From a virus: 64,000 bases of DNA. The stretch is taken from the IMG/VR virus record IMGVR_UViG_3300008448_000002, positions 130,658 through 194,657 of that record; one strand, given 5' to 3'. Under the pieces are notes generated by a model. It was not told the origin of the DNA and ran no database searches. It saw only the letters and a list, made by a program, of their open reading frames with translations. Positions within the stretch are counted from its first letter, which is position 1. Each line of letters opens with the position of its first letter. Of the stretch, positions 41,078-51,122 are shown piece after piece. The position numbers were made by a program, and so were the translations under genes.

Positions 41078-41461
41078 TTATATTCTCTCCTGTGTAGATT
41101 TATCAAAATCTAAATTAAATGTATCAACAGCATTCAAAGGAACATATAATAGTGTCATCTCTAATCTTATACCTCTATCCACTTCAATAGCGTTGATTGA
41201 TTGTATTTTTACTCTTGGGTCTGATTCTACTAGTTGTATAGAATCTTCTAATATTTCTTGTTTGACAGCATCGGTTAAGGGTTCTAGTAATTTATCCCAG
41301 ATAATGCTACCATAATTAGGAAACATTAATCTTTCTCTTTTCTTAGTATAAAAATGATTTAATAAATCTGCTTTAACTAAGTCAACATCATATACACTCC
41401 AGTTGCGAGTTTTTTCTCTGTCTGATTGTGTACTGAATCCTTTGAATAATATTTTAGCCAT
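41078..41461 (-). CDS. gp25: Baseplate wedge subunit, gp25-like
   Basis: T..RERLM.P.YGS.I...L.EP and DPRV motifs. Confidence 0.9.
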   Translation of the reverse strand: MAKILFKGFSTQSDREKTRNWSVYDVDLVKADLLNHFYTKKRERLMFPNYGSIIWDKLLEPLTDAVKQEILEDSIQLVESDPRVKIQSINAIEVDRGIRLEMTLLYVPLNAVDTFNLDFDKSTQERI

Positions 41462-41493
41462 ATAGCTTATTTATTGATTTATTAAAATAGGTT

Positions 41494-43272
41494 TTAATGT
41501 TCCATGAATGTTGTAAACCCATTTTCCTTTTGTACAGTCAAAATATTATCCACTCTTGCCTGTAATTCATCCTTATGACTAATTAAGAAAATATTCTTTG
41601 ATTTTTCTCTGGCAAGTTTTTTGAGAATAGTAAGAGCGGCATCCATTCCTTGACTATCCATACCAGTATCGACAATCTCGTCAATCATCAATAAATTAAT
41701 ATTGTGATTTAAATGCTCAAAAATATCTCTAAATGACCATGATAATGCCAAGACAAGTCTATTGCCCTCACCACCAGAAAGTTGTTCAAAATCATATTCT
41801 CTACCATAATGCGTAATTGATACAGATAAATCATTCATGAATGTGACTTCATGTGGCAATGCCAATGCCTCTAGGTAATGTATCATTCTTGTATTCAAAA
41901 AGGATAGGTTTTGGTCAATGATTTTCTTTCTGATAAAAGAATCCTTGCTTACCAATAGTTTAAGGAGAAACTCTTGATGGTCTTTAGCCTTTATACATTC
42001 TTCTAATTTATTCATGTCAACTTCTTGTAAACCACTGATTGATAGATTTTGAATCTGTTCTATGTATGGATTTACAAGAAGTTCTTGATTTTCAATATCT
42101 TTTCTTAATAATTCAATTTTATTCTTATGTTCATATACCTCTGCTATTGTTTTATAAAAACAGGTTGGTGGAGATGATTGCTTAATTTCTTGTTGTAGGG
42201 ATTCTTCTAGTGTTTTTTTATCGTTTGTTAAGTTAGTATCAACGATAAGTATATTTTCATTATAGGATTGTAGTTTATCTTCTAAATCTTTTTTAATCGT
42301 ATCATGATTAATGGTGTGAGTTGATTGATTACAAAGAGGACATGTCTGTTGATTAATTTTTTCTAAATCATTAGTTGTTTTTTCTATTTTTTCAACTAAT
42401 GCGTTTATCTGATTTTGACCTACTTTTATATTCTTTTGTAAGGAGATTCTCTGTTCTATGATTTCATTTTGCCTTTTTGATTCATTTTTCCATACTTCTT
42501 TGTCGGCATGAGCCTTTAATTCAGCTTCAACGTCTAGTGAATCTTTATTTGATAAGTCCTCTTTTAATTTATTTAACTTTTCTTTATGGCTTTTTTCCCA
42601 TTGATTACTTGAAAATTGTAAATCATTAATATGTTTTTGTATTTTCTCATTAGAATCATTGATGTGCTTAATCTTAATTTCTTCTAATTTTATATTATCT
42701 TTTGTTTCTTTAACTAATTCTTTTAAAACATCGGCTTTTCTTGATAATTGCGTGATACCTAATAGTTCCTCAATAAGTTCTCTTTGTTCTGCCGCCCTTA
42801 ATGATAAAAAAGGAATTGTCTTTGTATTTAGGGCAACAATATGTCTGAATAAGGTGTGTGACATACCGATGATTTTTTCAATTTCTTCTTGTGTATGTCT
42901 GTTCTCACCTTGAGATTCATCAGTTTCTTCTTCGAGTAAATTATTATTTACATACCATTTTAGAATATTGGGTTTTCTTCCACGCTCAATAGTATATTTT
43001 TTATTCTTTACTTCAAATTCAACTTTAACAACCATTCCTTTGGCATTGATTTTATTTATTAAATTATCAATTTTAATATTTGATAATGGTTTACCAAATA
43101 ATCCATATGATACCGCCTGAAGAATGGAACTTTTACCACTCGCGTTAGAATTTCCATTATCTAAGTTTTCTCCCAGAATCAATGTAAGAGTTGTTTCATT
43201 TAAAACAACTCTTTGTGGATTTTGTCCACAAGAAAGAAAGTTTTTTACTTCAACGGAATTAATTATTAACAT
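41494..43272 (-). CDS. gp46: Recombination exonuclease ATPase subunit (gp46/SbcC)
   Basis: KNFLS, Walker A NASGKS, coiled coil, CPLC zinc hook, LSGGE, LLMIDE and ISH. Confidence 0.95.
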   Translation of the reverse strand: MLIINSVEVKNFLSCGQNPQRVVLNETTLTLILGENLDNGNSNASGKSSILQAVSYGLFGKPLSNIKIDNLINKINAKGMVVKVEFEVKNKKYTIERGRKPNILKWYVNNNLLEEETDESQGENRHTQEEIEKIIGMSHTLFRHIVALNTKTIPFLSLRAAEQRELIEELLGITQLSRKADVLKELVKETKDNIKLEEIKIKHINDSNEKIQKHINDLQFSSNQWEKSHKEKLNKLKEDLSNKDSLDVEAELKAHADKEVWKNESKRQNEIIEQRISLQKNIKVGQNQINALVEKIEKTTNDLEKINQQTCPLCNQSTHTINHDTIKKDLEDKLQSYNENILIVDTNLTNDKKTLEESLQQEIKQSSPPTCFYKTIAEVYEHKNKIELLRKDIENQELLVNPYIEQIQNLSISGLQEVDMNKLEECIKAKDHQEFLLKLLVSKDSFIRKKIIDQNLSFLNTRMIHYLEALALPHEVTFMNDLSVSITHYGREYDFEQLSGGEGNRLVLALSWSFRDIFEHLNHNINLLMIDEIVDTGMDSQGMDAALTILKKLAREKSKNIFLISHKDELQARVDNILTVQKENGFTTFMEH

Positions 43273-44014
43273 TTATTCTCTCGTTTGCTATATTAAAATA
43301 ATTTAAATCTTTTTCAATACCAATAAAGTTTCTATTAGTATTCTTACACGCTAGACCTGTTGTACCAGAACCCATCGCAAAATCAAGGACTGTATCATCT
43401 ACATTGCTATATTGATTAATTAAATATTCCATTAATTTTAAAGGTTTTTGTGTAGGGTGATATGTTTTTCCTTCTGATTCTGCCGTAGGAAAATATATAA
43501 CGCTTCTCGGATAGCGTTTACCTGATTTATTTTCTAACTTTCTATCATCTTTCTTTGTGTTGCCGCCCGATAAATGGTCAAATGTTTTATGTCCACTACC
43601 TTTGTCATATGGCAAACCATCCACCATTTGTGGATTATATACCATAGGATTCTTTGAACCTTGTGCCGAACCACCTTTAGAAAATACAACAATATCCTCG
43701 TGACATTTTAAAGGTTGAAACTTAGCATGTACAAAATTACTTCCTCGTGATTTTTCCCATACTAGACAATACTTGAATAGTGATATATTACTATATATTA
43801 AATGAGTAGTAAATGGTTGGCTGGCAGTCATTATAACTGTTCCATAGTCTTTTAAAACTCTATTCAATTGTATCCATAATTTATCAAAAGGAATTAGTTT
43901 ATCCCATTTACATCCTGTTGTTTGATAAGGAGGGTCACATAGGACTAAATCTATTGATTTGTCTGATATTTTATCCATTTCTATAAGACAATCACCATTA
44001 TATAATGTAATCAC
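43259..44014 (-). CDS. Orphan beta-class DNA amino-methyltransferase (probably N6-adenine)
   Basis: GDC, DPPY, HPTQKP and VLDFAMGSGTT motifs. Confidence 0.92.
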   Translation of the reverse strand: MITLYNGDCLIEMDKISDKSIDLVLCDPPYQTTGCKWDKLIPFDKLWIQLNRVLKDYGTVIMTASQPFTTHLIYSNISLFKYCLVWEKSRGSNFVHAKFQPLKCHEDIVVFSKGGSAQGSKNPMVYNPQMVDGLPYDKGSGHKTFDHLSGGNTKKDDRKLENKSGKRYPRSVIYFPTAESEGKTYHPTQKPLKLMEYLINQYSNVDDTVLDFAMGSGTTGLACKNTNRNFIGIEKDLNYFNIANERINVNN

Positions 44015-44409
44015 GTTTTAGATTCCATTCTTTCCCTACAATCCTTTTCGTATTTGTTTTCTGGCAAACATTTAAACAGGTGATGAACACTCTCGGATAG
44101 ATGTTTATAATAAGCATCTTGTGGTTGTTCATTGTATTTCCTACAACAATACAAAATATTAGCATAAACATAGTCATGCTTTCCATTAGATGATTCTTTT
44201 AAATCTTCATATGCCTTTTGAAACGCTGAAATGTCAGACAATTCTATTTGTTCTATATCACTATATCCCCAAAAGAAAATATCCGAGGCATCGACAAAAA
44301 CAGCTAAATTATTTGTTTCCGTGTTAATACGATAGCGAAATTGGTCATAGTCTAAAAAAGGCAATAGTCCTTTAATTGTATCGTGAAACTCTTTGTAATA
44401 ATCAGTCAT
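44011..44409 (-). CDS. Hypothetical protein (inserted)
   Basis: 132-aa ORF; its RBS comes from the duplicated gp47 3' end. Confidence 0.7.
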   Translation of the reverse strand: MTDYYKEFHDTIKGLLPFLDYDQFRYRINTETNNLAVFVDASDIFFWGYSDIEQIELSDISAFQKAYEDLKESSNGKHDYVYANILYCCRKYNEQPQDAYYKHLSESVHHLFKCLPENKYEKDCRERMESKT

Positions 44410-44836
44410 AACTTATCCTAATTGATTGTAAATGTCTATTAAAGTTTTTGTACTGTATGTATTTTAATCATTATTATTAAGACAGTTCAAAAATTTCATC
44501 AATAGTCGTCTTAAAAGACCTATCCTTTCTATTCCTTCTTCCCTCACATGTGATGGAGTAGGTTCTGAACAAGAATCACCAAGACACAGGCGCGTTCTAC
44601 CACCATAATAGGCATCTTTTACCCCGCAACCTTCAGGATAGGTTCTATTTTCTAAAATACAAACATTACCAGTGCGGCGAAGTCTTATTGTATCACCCGC
44701 CTTTAATTCGTTTCCGTGTATGTCTCTGTATGTCATAATTTTATCCCAATTGATTGTAAATGTCTATTAAAGTTTTTGTACTATATGATTTTGAATCAAT
44801 ATTGCTAAGACTGTTCAAAACAATTTCATCAATAGT
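44405..44836. repeat. ~100-bp direct repeat of the gp47 3' end (44405-44506 and 44732-44836)
   Basis: Identical 35 bp AATTGATTGTAAATGTCTATTAAAGTTTTTGTACT at 44420-54 and 44748-82, with similar flanks. Confidence 0.95.
44464..44736 (-). CDS. Hypothetical protein (inserted)
   Basis: 90-aa ORF bracketed by the direct repeat. Confidence 0.65.
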   Translation of the reverse strand: MTYRDIHGNELKAGDTIRLRRTGNVCILENRTYPEGCGVKDAYYGGRTRLCLGDSCSEPTPSHVREEGIERIGLLRRLLMKFLNCLNNND

Positions 44837-45772
44837 TTTAAAGGATTCATCGTCCTCATTATCGTTAATATCATCGTCATCCAATATTTTATTTGTATTG
44901 AGAATATCCAATTTCCTCATCCCATAATGATTAGTGTAAATATCTTTTATAAGCTGTACATCCTCGTGTGGTAATCTTAAATCATTTGTAACCTTAGCAT
45001 ATGTGGTAACATCAAATAATTCATCAGGTTTTTCTAACATTTCTGTAAGAGTACATGTTCTATACTTTGGGGCAGATGGCCATGCTTTATATATTGGGTC
45101 TTTTCCCCATTCTAAAATCATCACTCCTCTATCATCATCAAACGTATCACTAAATGAATGCGGGAAAGCATTCCCTATATAATTCACCCTACCTTTTTGT
45201 TGTCTTTTATGAAAGTGACCAGAAAAAGCCATATCACAATCATCAAAATCTGAAACCTTAATTGTATCAGTAGCCGGCATTTCCACCATCGAGTTCATGT
45301 AGAATCCACCGATTTCAAAATGTCCAAAGAGATATTTACTTGTAGAAGCGTATTTTTTTATCTTCGTAAAATCATCACCAATTAACCAAGGACAAAATGT
45401 AACATCACCAACTTGTAGAAAATCATTGATTAATATCACATTCTTAACATTTCTACCAATAGATACAGAGGTAACACTACGGTTTTCTTTATAGAATAAA
45501 TCATGATTGCCAGGAATAAAGAAAAATTGTTCAAAGTTATCTGAAATTCTTTCAATAGAGGATAAACTATAATTTAATGTATTTACATGGAGTGATTGTC
45601 TGTTGTCATGCCAATCTCCGCAAAATATGGCAACCTCGATGCCTTCTTTCTTTCCAATACTAATTGCCCAATCAACAAAGGCAGAACAATCTTGATTATG
45701 CTGTTCTTGATTGTTTTTTTTACCAAAGTGTATATCTGTAAATACAATAGCCTTATCAAATAATTTATCCAT
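44741..45772 (-). CDS. gp47: Recombination endonuclease subunit (gp47/SbcD)
   Basis: TDIHFG, GDWHD, GNHD, GHFE and SGHFH motifs. Confidence 0.95.
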   Translation of the reverse strand: MDKLFDKAIVFTDIHFGKKNNQEQHNQDCSAFVDWAISIGKKEGIEVAIFCGDWHDNRQSLHVNTLNYSLSSIERISDNFEQFFFIPGNHDLFYKENRSVTSVSIGRNVKNVILINDFLQVGDVTFCPWLIGDDFTKIKKYASTSKYLFGHFEIGGFYMNSMVEMPATDTIKVSDFDDCDMAFSGHFHKRQQKGRVNYIGNAFPHSFSDTFDDDRGVMILEWGKDPIYKAWPSAPKYRTCTLTEMLEKPDELFDVTTYAKVTNDLRLPHEDVQLIKDIYTNHYGMRKLDILNTNKILDDDDINDNEDDESFKTIDEIVLNSLSNIDSKSYSTKTLIDIYNQLG

Positions 45773-45799
45773 AAAATCCTATTTTACTATTATTTGATA

Positions 45800-46624
45800 T
45801 TACGTTGCTAGAGTTGTTTTGTCAAATAGTTTTTCAAGGGCGGCAACTTTTACTTGCTTTTCATCGTCTAGCTGTCTACTATAACTAGGAGTAGAACCTG
45901 TCATGATTAAAATATCATCCTTGGTAGTTTGTATTTTCTTTTCAAGGTTGAATGTCCTTGTAAACGCATGATAAACTGTTTGTGTAAAGAAAGCAAACGG
46001 ATTTGAAGTTCTTGCTTCATTAAACTGTAAGCCTTCACTTGTTAATTGTAGTAGGGCATAAGATTTCATTTCATCAACATAAGTATACCCTCGCCAGTTT
46101 CCTTTATTACTATACTTATCAACAAGTTTCATATACATAATAGCAAGAGTATTGGTTAATTTACCATGTGTCATACAAAATTCACCTGTTTCTAAATCAC
46201 CTTTCCAGTGACTTCTACCAACCTCAAGGGGTTTACCATCTTTAAGGATATAATGTTTAAAGGCGGGGAAATTAGTTCTTACTTTTACAATTTTTGTTTC
46301 TACTATATGTTTATTAACTTTTTTCTCTTTTATAATATCAGGAACGTGCTCTGTTGTCATTACTCTAAAAATCATATCTTCTTTTGTAAAATTAATAGTC
46401 TTATCTTCTATTCTTCTCGAATTTCCAATAGTTATAACTTTTAAATTAAATATTTCCTCCATCTTTTCCTTGTTTACTTCTGTCACATCATATGTTATAT
46501 AGTCATATGACTGATACTTTACATCGGTAAAATAACAGTAAGAACATTTGCTTTTATGTATTTCTTTAAGTATGTCTCTGTTATTTAAGTAATTTATTTT
46601 TTTTGGAGTTCTTTCCATTGACAA
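45800..46624 (-). CDS. gp55: Late-transcription sigma factor, gp55-like
   Basis: NYLNN, NWRGYTY.DEM...AL and NPFAFFTQ...AF motifs; lies next to gp47 as in T4-like phages. Confidence 0.8.
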   Translation of the reverse strand: MSMERTPKKINYLNNRDILKEIHKSKCSYCYFTDVKYQSYDYITYDVTEVNKEKMEEIFNLKVITIGNSRRIEDKTINFTKEDMIFRVMTTEHVPDIIKEKKVNKHIVETKIVKVRTNFPAFKHYILKDGKPLEVGRSHWKGDLETGEFCMTHGKLTNTLAIMYMKLVDKYSNKGNWRGYTYVDEMKSYALLQLTSEGLQFNEARTSNPFAFFTQTVYHAFTRTFNLEKKIQTTKDDILIMTGSTPSYSRQLDDEKQVKVAALEKLFDKTTLAT

Positions 46625-46646
46625 GTCCTTTGATTATAAGTATATT
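46618..46646 (+). promoter_or_regulatory. sigma70-like promoter
   Basis: TTGACA-17 nt-TATATT upstream of the 46680 gene. Confidence 0.6.
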
Positions 46647-46679
46647 ATATAACATTTTATCTAAAAAAGATATAAAAAT

Positions 46680-47219
46680 ATGAAGAATTGTAGTATTTTA
46701 ATTGGAAGATTTAATCCTCCTAGTATAGCGCATCAAAAATTAATAGAAGAACTTATTGATATTTCAAAAGAAAATAATCTTAATTCTGTATTATTTATTA
46801 TTTCCGGTGTTAAAAGTTCAAAAAATAGGCAAAAAAATCCTTTAAATAACTATGAAATTAAATATTTTTTAAATAAAATGTTTCCAGATTTAAAAATTAT
46901 AATAGCTACATCTGTCTTTGATGTCTCTGAAAAGTTAAAAGCGTTAGAATATACACCAAGACTATTATTATGCGGTGAAGATAGAGAAAAAACATATAGT
47001 ACGTTTTTTAAAAACTACGATGGTTTTAAAATTATTAAACATGACAGAAACTTTTTAGGAATGAAAGTATCTTCTACCATAATACGAAATCATATTAAAG
47101 AAGGTACTATTGGTGTTCACCAATATCTACTTCCAACTAAAATGAACATTAAACATAAAATAACAATGGCAAAACTTGTTAAATATAGAATGGGTGAAAA
47201 TTATCAGATAAATAGGTGA
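46680..47219 (+). CDS. Cytidylyltransferase-like (HIGH-family) nucleotidyltransferase
   Basis: GRFNPPSIAH, KNPL, GEDR and VSSTIIR motifs. Confidence 0.8.
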   Translation: MKNCSILIGRFNPPSIAHQKLIEELIDISKENNLNSVLFIISGVKSSKNRQKNPLNNYEIKYFLNKMFPDLKIIIATSVFDVSEKLKALEYTPRLLLCGEDREKTYSTFFKNYDGFKIIKHDRNFLGMKVSSTIIRNHIKEGTIGVHQYLLPTKMNIKHKITMAKLVKYRMGENYQINR

Positions 47220-47242
47220 TATAGATAGGAAAAATCATAAGA

Positions 47243-48496
47243 ATGCCAAGTAATAACGGATACTCTTCTCAATATGACCCAGATTTTAATGCTTTTATCA
47301 AAGTAAGCTCTGATAATAGCTATACGTCAAGAATAGCAGATAATGATAGAGCCATTCGTAAAACGCAACCTTTAAAAGATGCCCAAAGTAATTTGAGTAG
47401 TTCATTTAATAATCTAAAAGATACTTCAAAAGAAAATACAAGTCCTATTTCCGTGAATAGGGCAAGGGATATATATTTGAAATCAAAAGATACTCTTAAT
47501 GAAACGAGAACACGTTTATTGGGAAACTTAGATACACCAGTGGAGGCATTATTTACAAAATATTTGGCAGATGATGATTTAAAAAAAACAACTGTGAGTT
47601 TTTCAGATACTAATAAAGAAAATATAACATCGCCATTTTTAACAGGGGATGATATTAAATCGCGCTTTGATGATGCCCTAAAGTCAAGTGATTTTGCCAA
47701 TAGTGTATCAGATAAGGTTGGATTATTAACCAGTCAGGAAAATGATAGCTTGGGTGATTTTCTTGAAAATCCTTCTGTATCGGGATTTTCCTCTGATTTT
47801 AGACTGCCTAATGTTGGTTTTGGTTTTCCTACACAATTACCAAACGCAATAACACCTGCCGCCCCCGATTATTCATACAAAAAAGACCATAGAATAAGTA
47901 TTAGGGCAAAGACGGCACAGATACAAGAAATATATGGTGATAATGTTAATGGTCCTATGCGTAGTTTATACACTACTAATGGTATGGTATTTCCTATTAC
48001 ACCTGTTATTACAGGATATAATCAAACAGTAAACATGAATACTGTTAGTCCAACTCATAGCAATCAGGAATATTATCTATATAATAATACATCTTCAATG
48101 AATTTAAATATCTCAGGCACTTTTGTGGCACAAAATGACTCGGAAGCAGAATACATATATGCCTGTATACATTTTTTAAAATGTATAACAAAAAGTAGGT
48201 TTGGCGATACCGATGAAAAAAGAGGATTTACTCCGCCTGTATTACTTTTGAGTGGTTACGGTAATTTTATGTTTCCTGATTTAAATATCTTAATCAAAGG
48301 ATATACCTTTGAGTTACCAGATAATGTCGATTATCTAAGAGTTTCAATAGGCAATAATGGAGAGGCATGGGTGCCAACAAAAACAACCATTTCAATTGAT
48401 TGTGTCGTACAAAATACCCCCAAGAAAAACAGAGAGTTTAATCTTGATGCCTTTAGAGATGGTACTTTAATCAAAAAAACGAATGGATTTATCTAA
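47243..48496 (+). CDS. Baseplate / tail-tube initiator-like protein (gp48/gp54-like)
   Basis: G.VFP.TP, P.HSN..Y and PP...LSGYG..MF motifs; GATAAATA at 47207-14. Confidence 0.65.
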   Translation: MPSNNGYSSQYDPDFNAFIKVSSDNSYTSRIADNDRAIRKTQPLKDAQSNLSSSFNNLKDTSKENTSPISVNRARDIYLKSKDTLNETRTRLLGNLDTPVEALFTKYLADDDLKKTTVSFSDTNKENITSPFLTGDDIKSRFDDALKSSDFANSVSDKVGLLTSQENDSLGDFLENPSVSGFSSDFRLPNVGFGFPTQLPNAITPAAPDYSYKKDHRISIRAKTAQIQEIYGDNVNGPMRSLYTTNGMVFPITPVITGYNQTVNMNTVSPTHSNQEYYLYNNTSSMNLNISGTFVAQNDSEAEYIYACIHFLKCITKSRFGDTDEKRGFTPPVLLLSGYGNFMFPDLNILIKGYTFELPDNVDYLRVSIGNNGEAWVPTKTTISIDCVVQNTPKKNREFNLDAFRDGTLIKKTNGFI

Positions 48497-48796
48497 ATGG
48501 CTGTAAAAACTTATAAAAAATCAAGTCCTTATTATAATACTCCCCAAACAAGCTGGTATTTGAGTTACTATCCAGGAATACCATTAGGTAAAGATGTGAG
48601 TGATATTTATTTAAATGTTGATTCAAAGTATCAAAATAGACCCGATGTTTTAAGTTTTGATTTATACGGTACACCCGATTATTGGTGGACATTTAGTATA
48701 CTGAATCCTGATATTATCATTGACCCAATATATGATTTAAAGGGTGGCATTAATATTTATTATGCTACAAAAGACAGATTATCGAGAATGGTGTAA
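48497..48796 (+). CDS. Baseplate wedge protein, gp53-like (LysM-like)
   Basis: RPD.LS.DLYG....WW.F...N motif. Confidence 0.8.
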   Translation: MAVKTYKKSSPYYNTPQTSWYLSYYPGIPLGKDVSDIYLNVDSKYQNRPDVLSFDLYGTPDYWWTFSILNPDIIIDPIYDLKGGINIYYATKDRLSRMV

Positions 48797-48799
48797 TAC

Positions 48800-51121
48800 A
48801 TGGCTGAGATTATTCCTGATTTATCAAGTATAGTAGGAAACAAAGGTTCTACACAAGTAAAATTAAATGACATTAGTAAGACCGATTTAACTACTAGAAC
48901 ACTGCCTTCTGAAAGAACAGGATTACAACGAGTAGCAAGTTTTCTTGATGACCCCATTCAAGGGATATCTGATGCTACTACAACATTAAGTGATAAACTA
49001 TCGAATATAACTCCAGATAATATTAAAAAAGGGTATGATACAGTAATATCAACTGTTAAGGATACCCAAAACAATAAAACAGCAGAACCGCGAACAGAAA
49101 TACTTGATGGCGACCAGATATTAGAAAAATTAAATTTTCAACCGGAAATTAATCTACTATCAAGTGTTCAAAGTCCTACCTATTTTTGGCGGCTATTTAT
49201 GGCTGATGAATCCGCAGCAATAAACACAGTGGCGGATATAAATGATAGAAGCACAGTTACCTTGATTGAGACAGGTGTAACAGGAACTTTTATTAAAAGT
49301 GTAAGTATTGAATCTAGTATTGGCTCTAATTTCAAAATAAGAAATACCACGGCAACAAGTTTCAACATTGAGATACAAGAAATCGGTGTCAAGTTTTTCG
49401 ATGATATTCTCCTTGCCAGTAAAAAGCTAAATATTAAAAATTATTTCAAGAGTCCATACTACCTAGAGTTAAAATTAAGAGGATTGGATGACGAAACTGG
49501 TAGACAGGGTGAAATAAGTCGCCATGTTTGGCGCGTAATGTTTATTGATGTAAAGACAAACCTAGACGGAGAGAAAACAACGCATTCTATTAAAGCCATT
49601 CCATCTGTTCAAATAGCACATTTTAATCAATTAAGTATTCTACAAGACCCTGTTTCTGTTAAAGGTGAGACAATCGGAGATATTCTACAAGAAGTCTTCA
49701 AATCTATGAACAACAGTGTAAAGATGAGATATGGTTATGAACTATTAAAATATAAAGTATCTGCCAAGCCATATGATTCCGATAGTGGAATGTCCGTCAA
49801 AAATCCCTTAGAACACAGTATTAAACCAGAGAGTTTATTAGAAAATTCACAGAGAAACAGTGAAGGTGTACAAATATCAAGAGGAACTGACATTGGAAAT
49901 ATTATTGAGAGATTGTTTGCTAATAGTGAGACAGCAGTGGCAGGATTATCATTAATACAAGATTCTGAGGCATTAAAAAATAAAGATATTTCAAAGTCAA
50001 TAAGTATGGGACATAAAATTGAAACAAAAGTTAATATAGGCGACTATGACCCCATTACAGGTGATTATGAAAAGGAAATAGAATATATTATTATTCCACA
50101 TTCTGTACTAAGGCTATTACCAGAAACCACAACGGCAGATGATACTATCAAAAATAATACGCTATCACAAGATAAATTAAAATACGCTATAAGGAAAAAC
50201 CTTTTTGTAAAACAATATGATTATATTTTTACTGGTAAAAATACAGAAGTATTGGCTTTTGATATACAGACTAATTTTCAATATGCGATTGCTTCTTCTA
50301 TTTTCGGGGGCATGTTGACTTATGAATCTTCTACTGTTGGTAAAAAATATAATCCTGTTGCGAGAAACAGACTTAAAAACGATTTACTGCGTCTAACACA
50401 AATTAACAATAAAATTACAGAAATAAAAAATAAAGTTGAAAATGCTCCTGCCCCTAATAATGAGGAAGAAAAAAAGAAATTAGAACAAGCTGTTAATGAA
50501 TCCAACAGAGAAGTTGAGAATTATGAAAAAGATAAAAAACTGTTGATTGATGAAATATCCAAACAACAAAGAGAGCTAAAAGAATTATATAAAAAACAAG
50601 GATTTGTTAATACTTTAGAACAATCAAATGTGTATGCGGAAGATTTAACAGAGGAAAGTGTTAAAAATCTTAATCCTTTACCTATATCAGTATTTCAAAC
50701 AGGAGAAGACCCCTTATTTGAAGTACAAGATGGGGTTGAGGCATCCTACAAGAGAGGAAAAAGTGTTTACGGAACTCTATTAAATCAATTATATTCTACT
50801 GGTGTAACTGATGGTAGTTTACAAAGAGTTGAGATGGATATAAGAGGAGACCCCTATTGGATAGGTTTAACAAATCTTGAGGACAACAAAGAAAGTACAA
50901 GGCAACAACCTAATTTTTTCAATGGTGAACATATGTTTGTTTTTACATTTAAAATACCTCAAGGATTTAATGAAGATACAGGAGTATTAAATATAGGGGA
51001 AGCATTTAGTGGTTTCTTTGCCACAATGAAGGTCACAAGTACTTTTGATGGTGGTGTGTTTACACAAAGATTAGAGGCAATAAGAATACCAAACATGGTA
51101 GTATCCGAATTAGGGAAGTAA
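48800..51121 (+). CDS. Baseplate hub protein (gp27-like position)
   Basis: Lies between gp53-like and gp5-like genes; I.GDPYW and F.Q.L motifs. Confidence 0.6.
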   Translation: MAEIIPDLSSIVGNKGSTQVKLNDISKTDLTTRTLPSERTGLQRVASFLDDPIQGISDATTTLSDKLSNITPDNIKKGYDTVISTVKDTQNNKTAEPRTEILDGDQILEKLNFQPEINLLSSVQSPTYFWRLFMADESAAINTVADINDRSTVTLIETGVTGTFIKSVSIESSIGSNFKIRNTTATSFNIEIQEIGVKFFDDILLASKKLNIKNYFKSPYYLELKLRGLDDETGRQGEISRHVWRVMFIDVKTNLDGEKTTHSIKAIPSVQIAHFNQLSILQDPVSVKGETIGDILQEVFKSMNNSVKMRYGYELLKYKVSAKPYDSDSGMSVKNPLEHSIKPESLLENSQRNSEGVQISRGTDIGNIIERLFANSETAVAGLSLIQDSEALKNKDISKSISMGHKIETKVNIGDYDPITGDYEKEIEYIIIPHSVLRLLPETTTADDTIKNNTLSQDKLKYAIRKNLFVKQYDYIFTGKNTEVLAFDIQTNFQYAIASSIFGGMLTYESSTVGKKYNPVARNRLKNDLLRLTQINNKITEIKNKVENAPAPNNEEEKKKLEQAVNESNREVENYEKDKKLLIDEISKQQRELKELYKKQGFVNTLEQSNVYAEDLTEESVKNLNPLPISVFQTGEDPLFEVQDGVEASYKRGKSVYGTLLNQLYSTGVTDGSLQRVEMDIRGDPYWIGLTNLEDNKESTRQQPNFFNGEHMFVFTFKIPQGFNEDTGVLNIGEAFSGFFATMKVTSTFDGGVFTQRLEAIRIPNMVVSELGK

Positions 51122-51122
51122 T

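Noticed and set aside
5922-41106. Longer ORF-track starts at 5963, 6004, 10208, 10513 and 41106
   Set aside because: Downstream ATGs (5921, 6067, 10238, 10528, 41076) have a better RBS or avoid overlap with promoters and neighbouring genes.
1788-44014. Complete restriction-modification systems
   Set aside because: Neither methyltransferase has a recognisable endonuclease or specificity subunit next to it.
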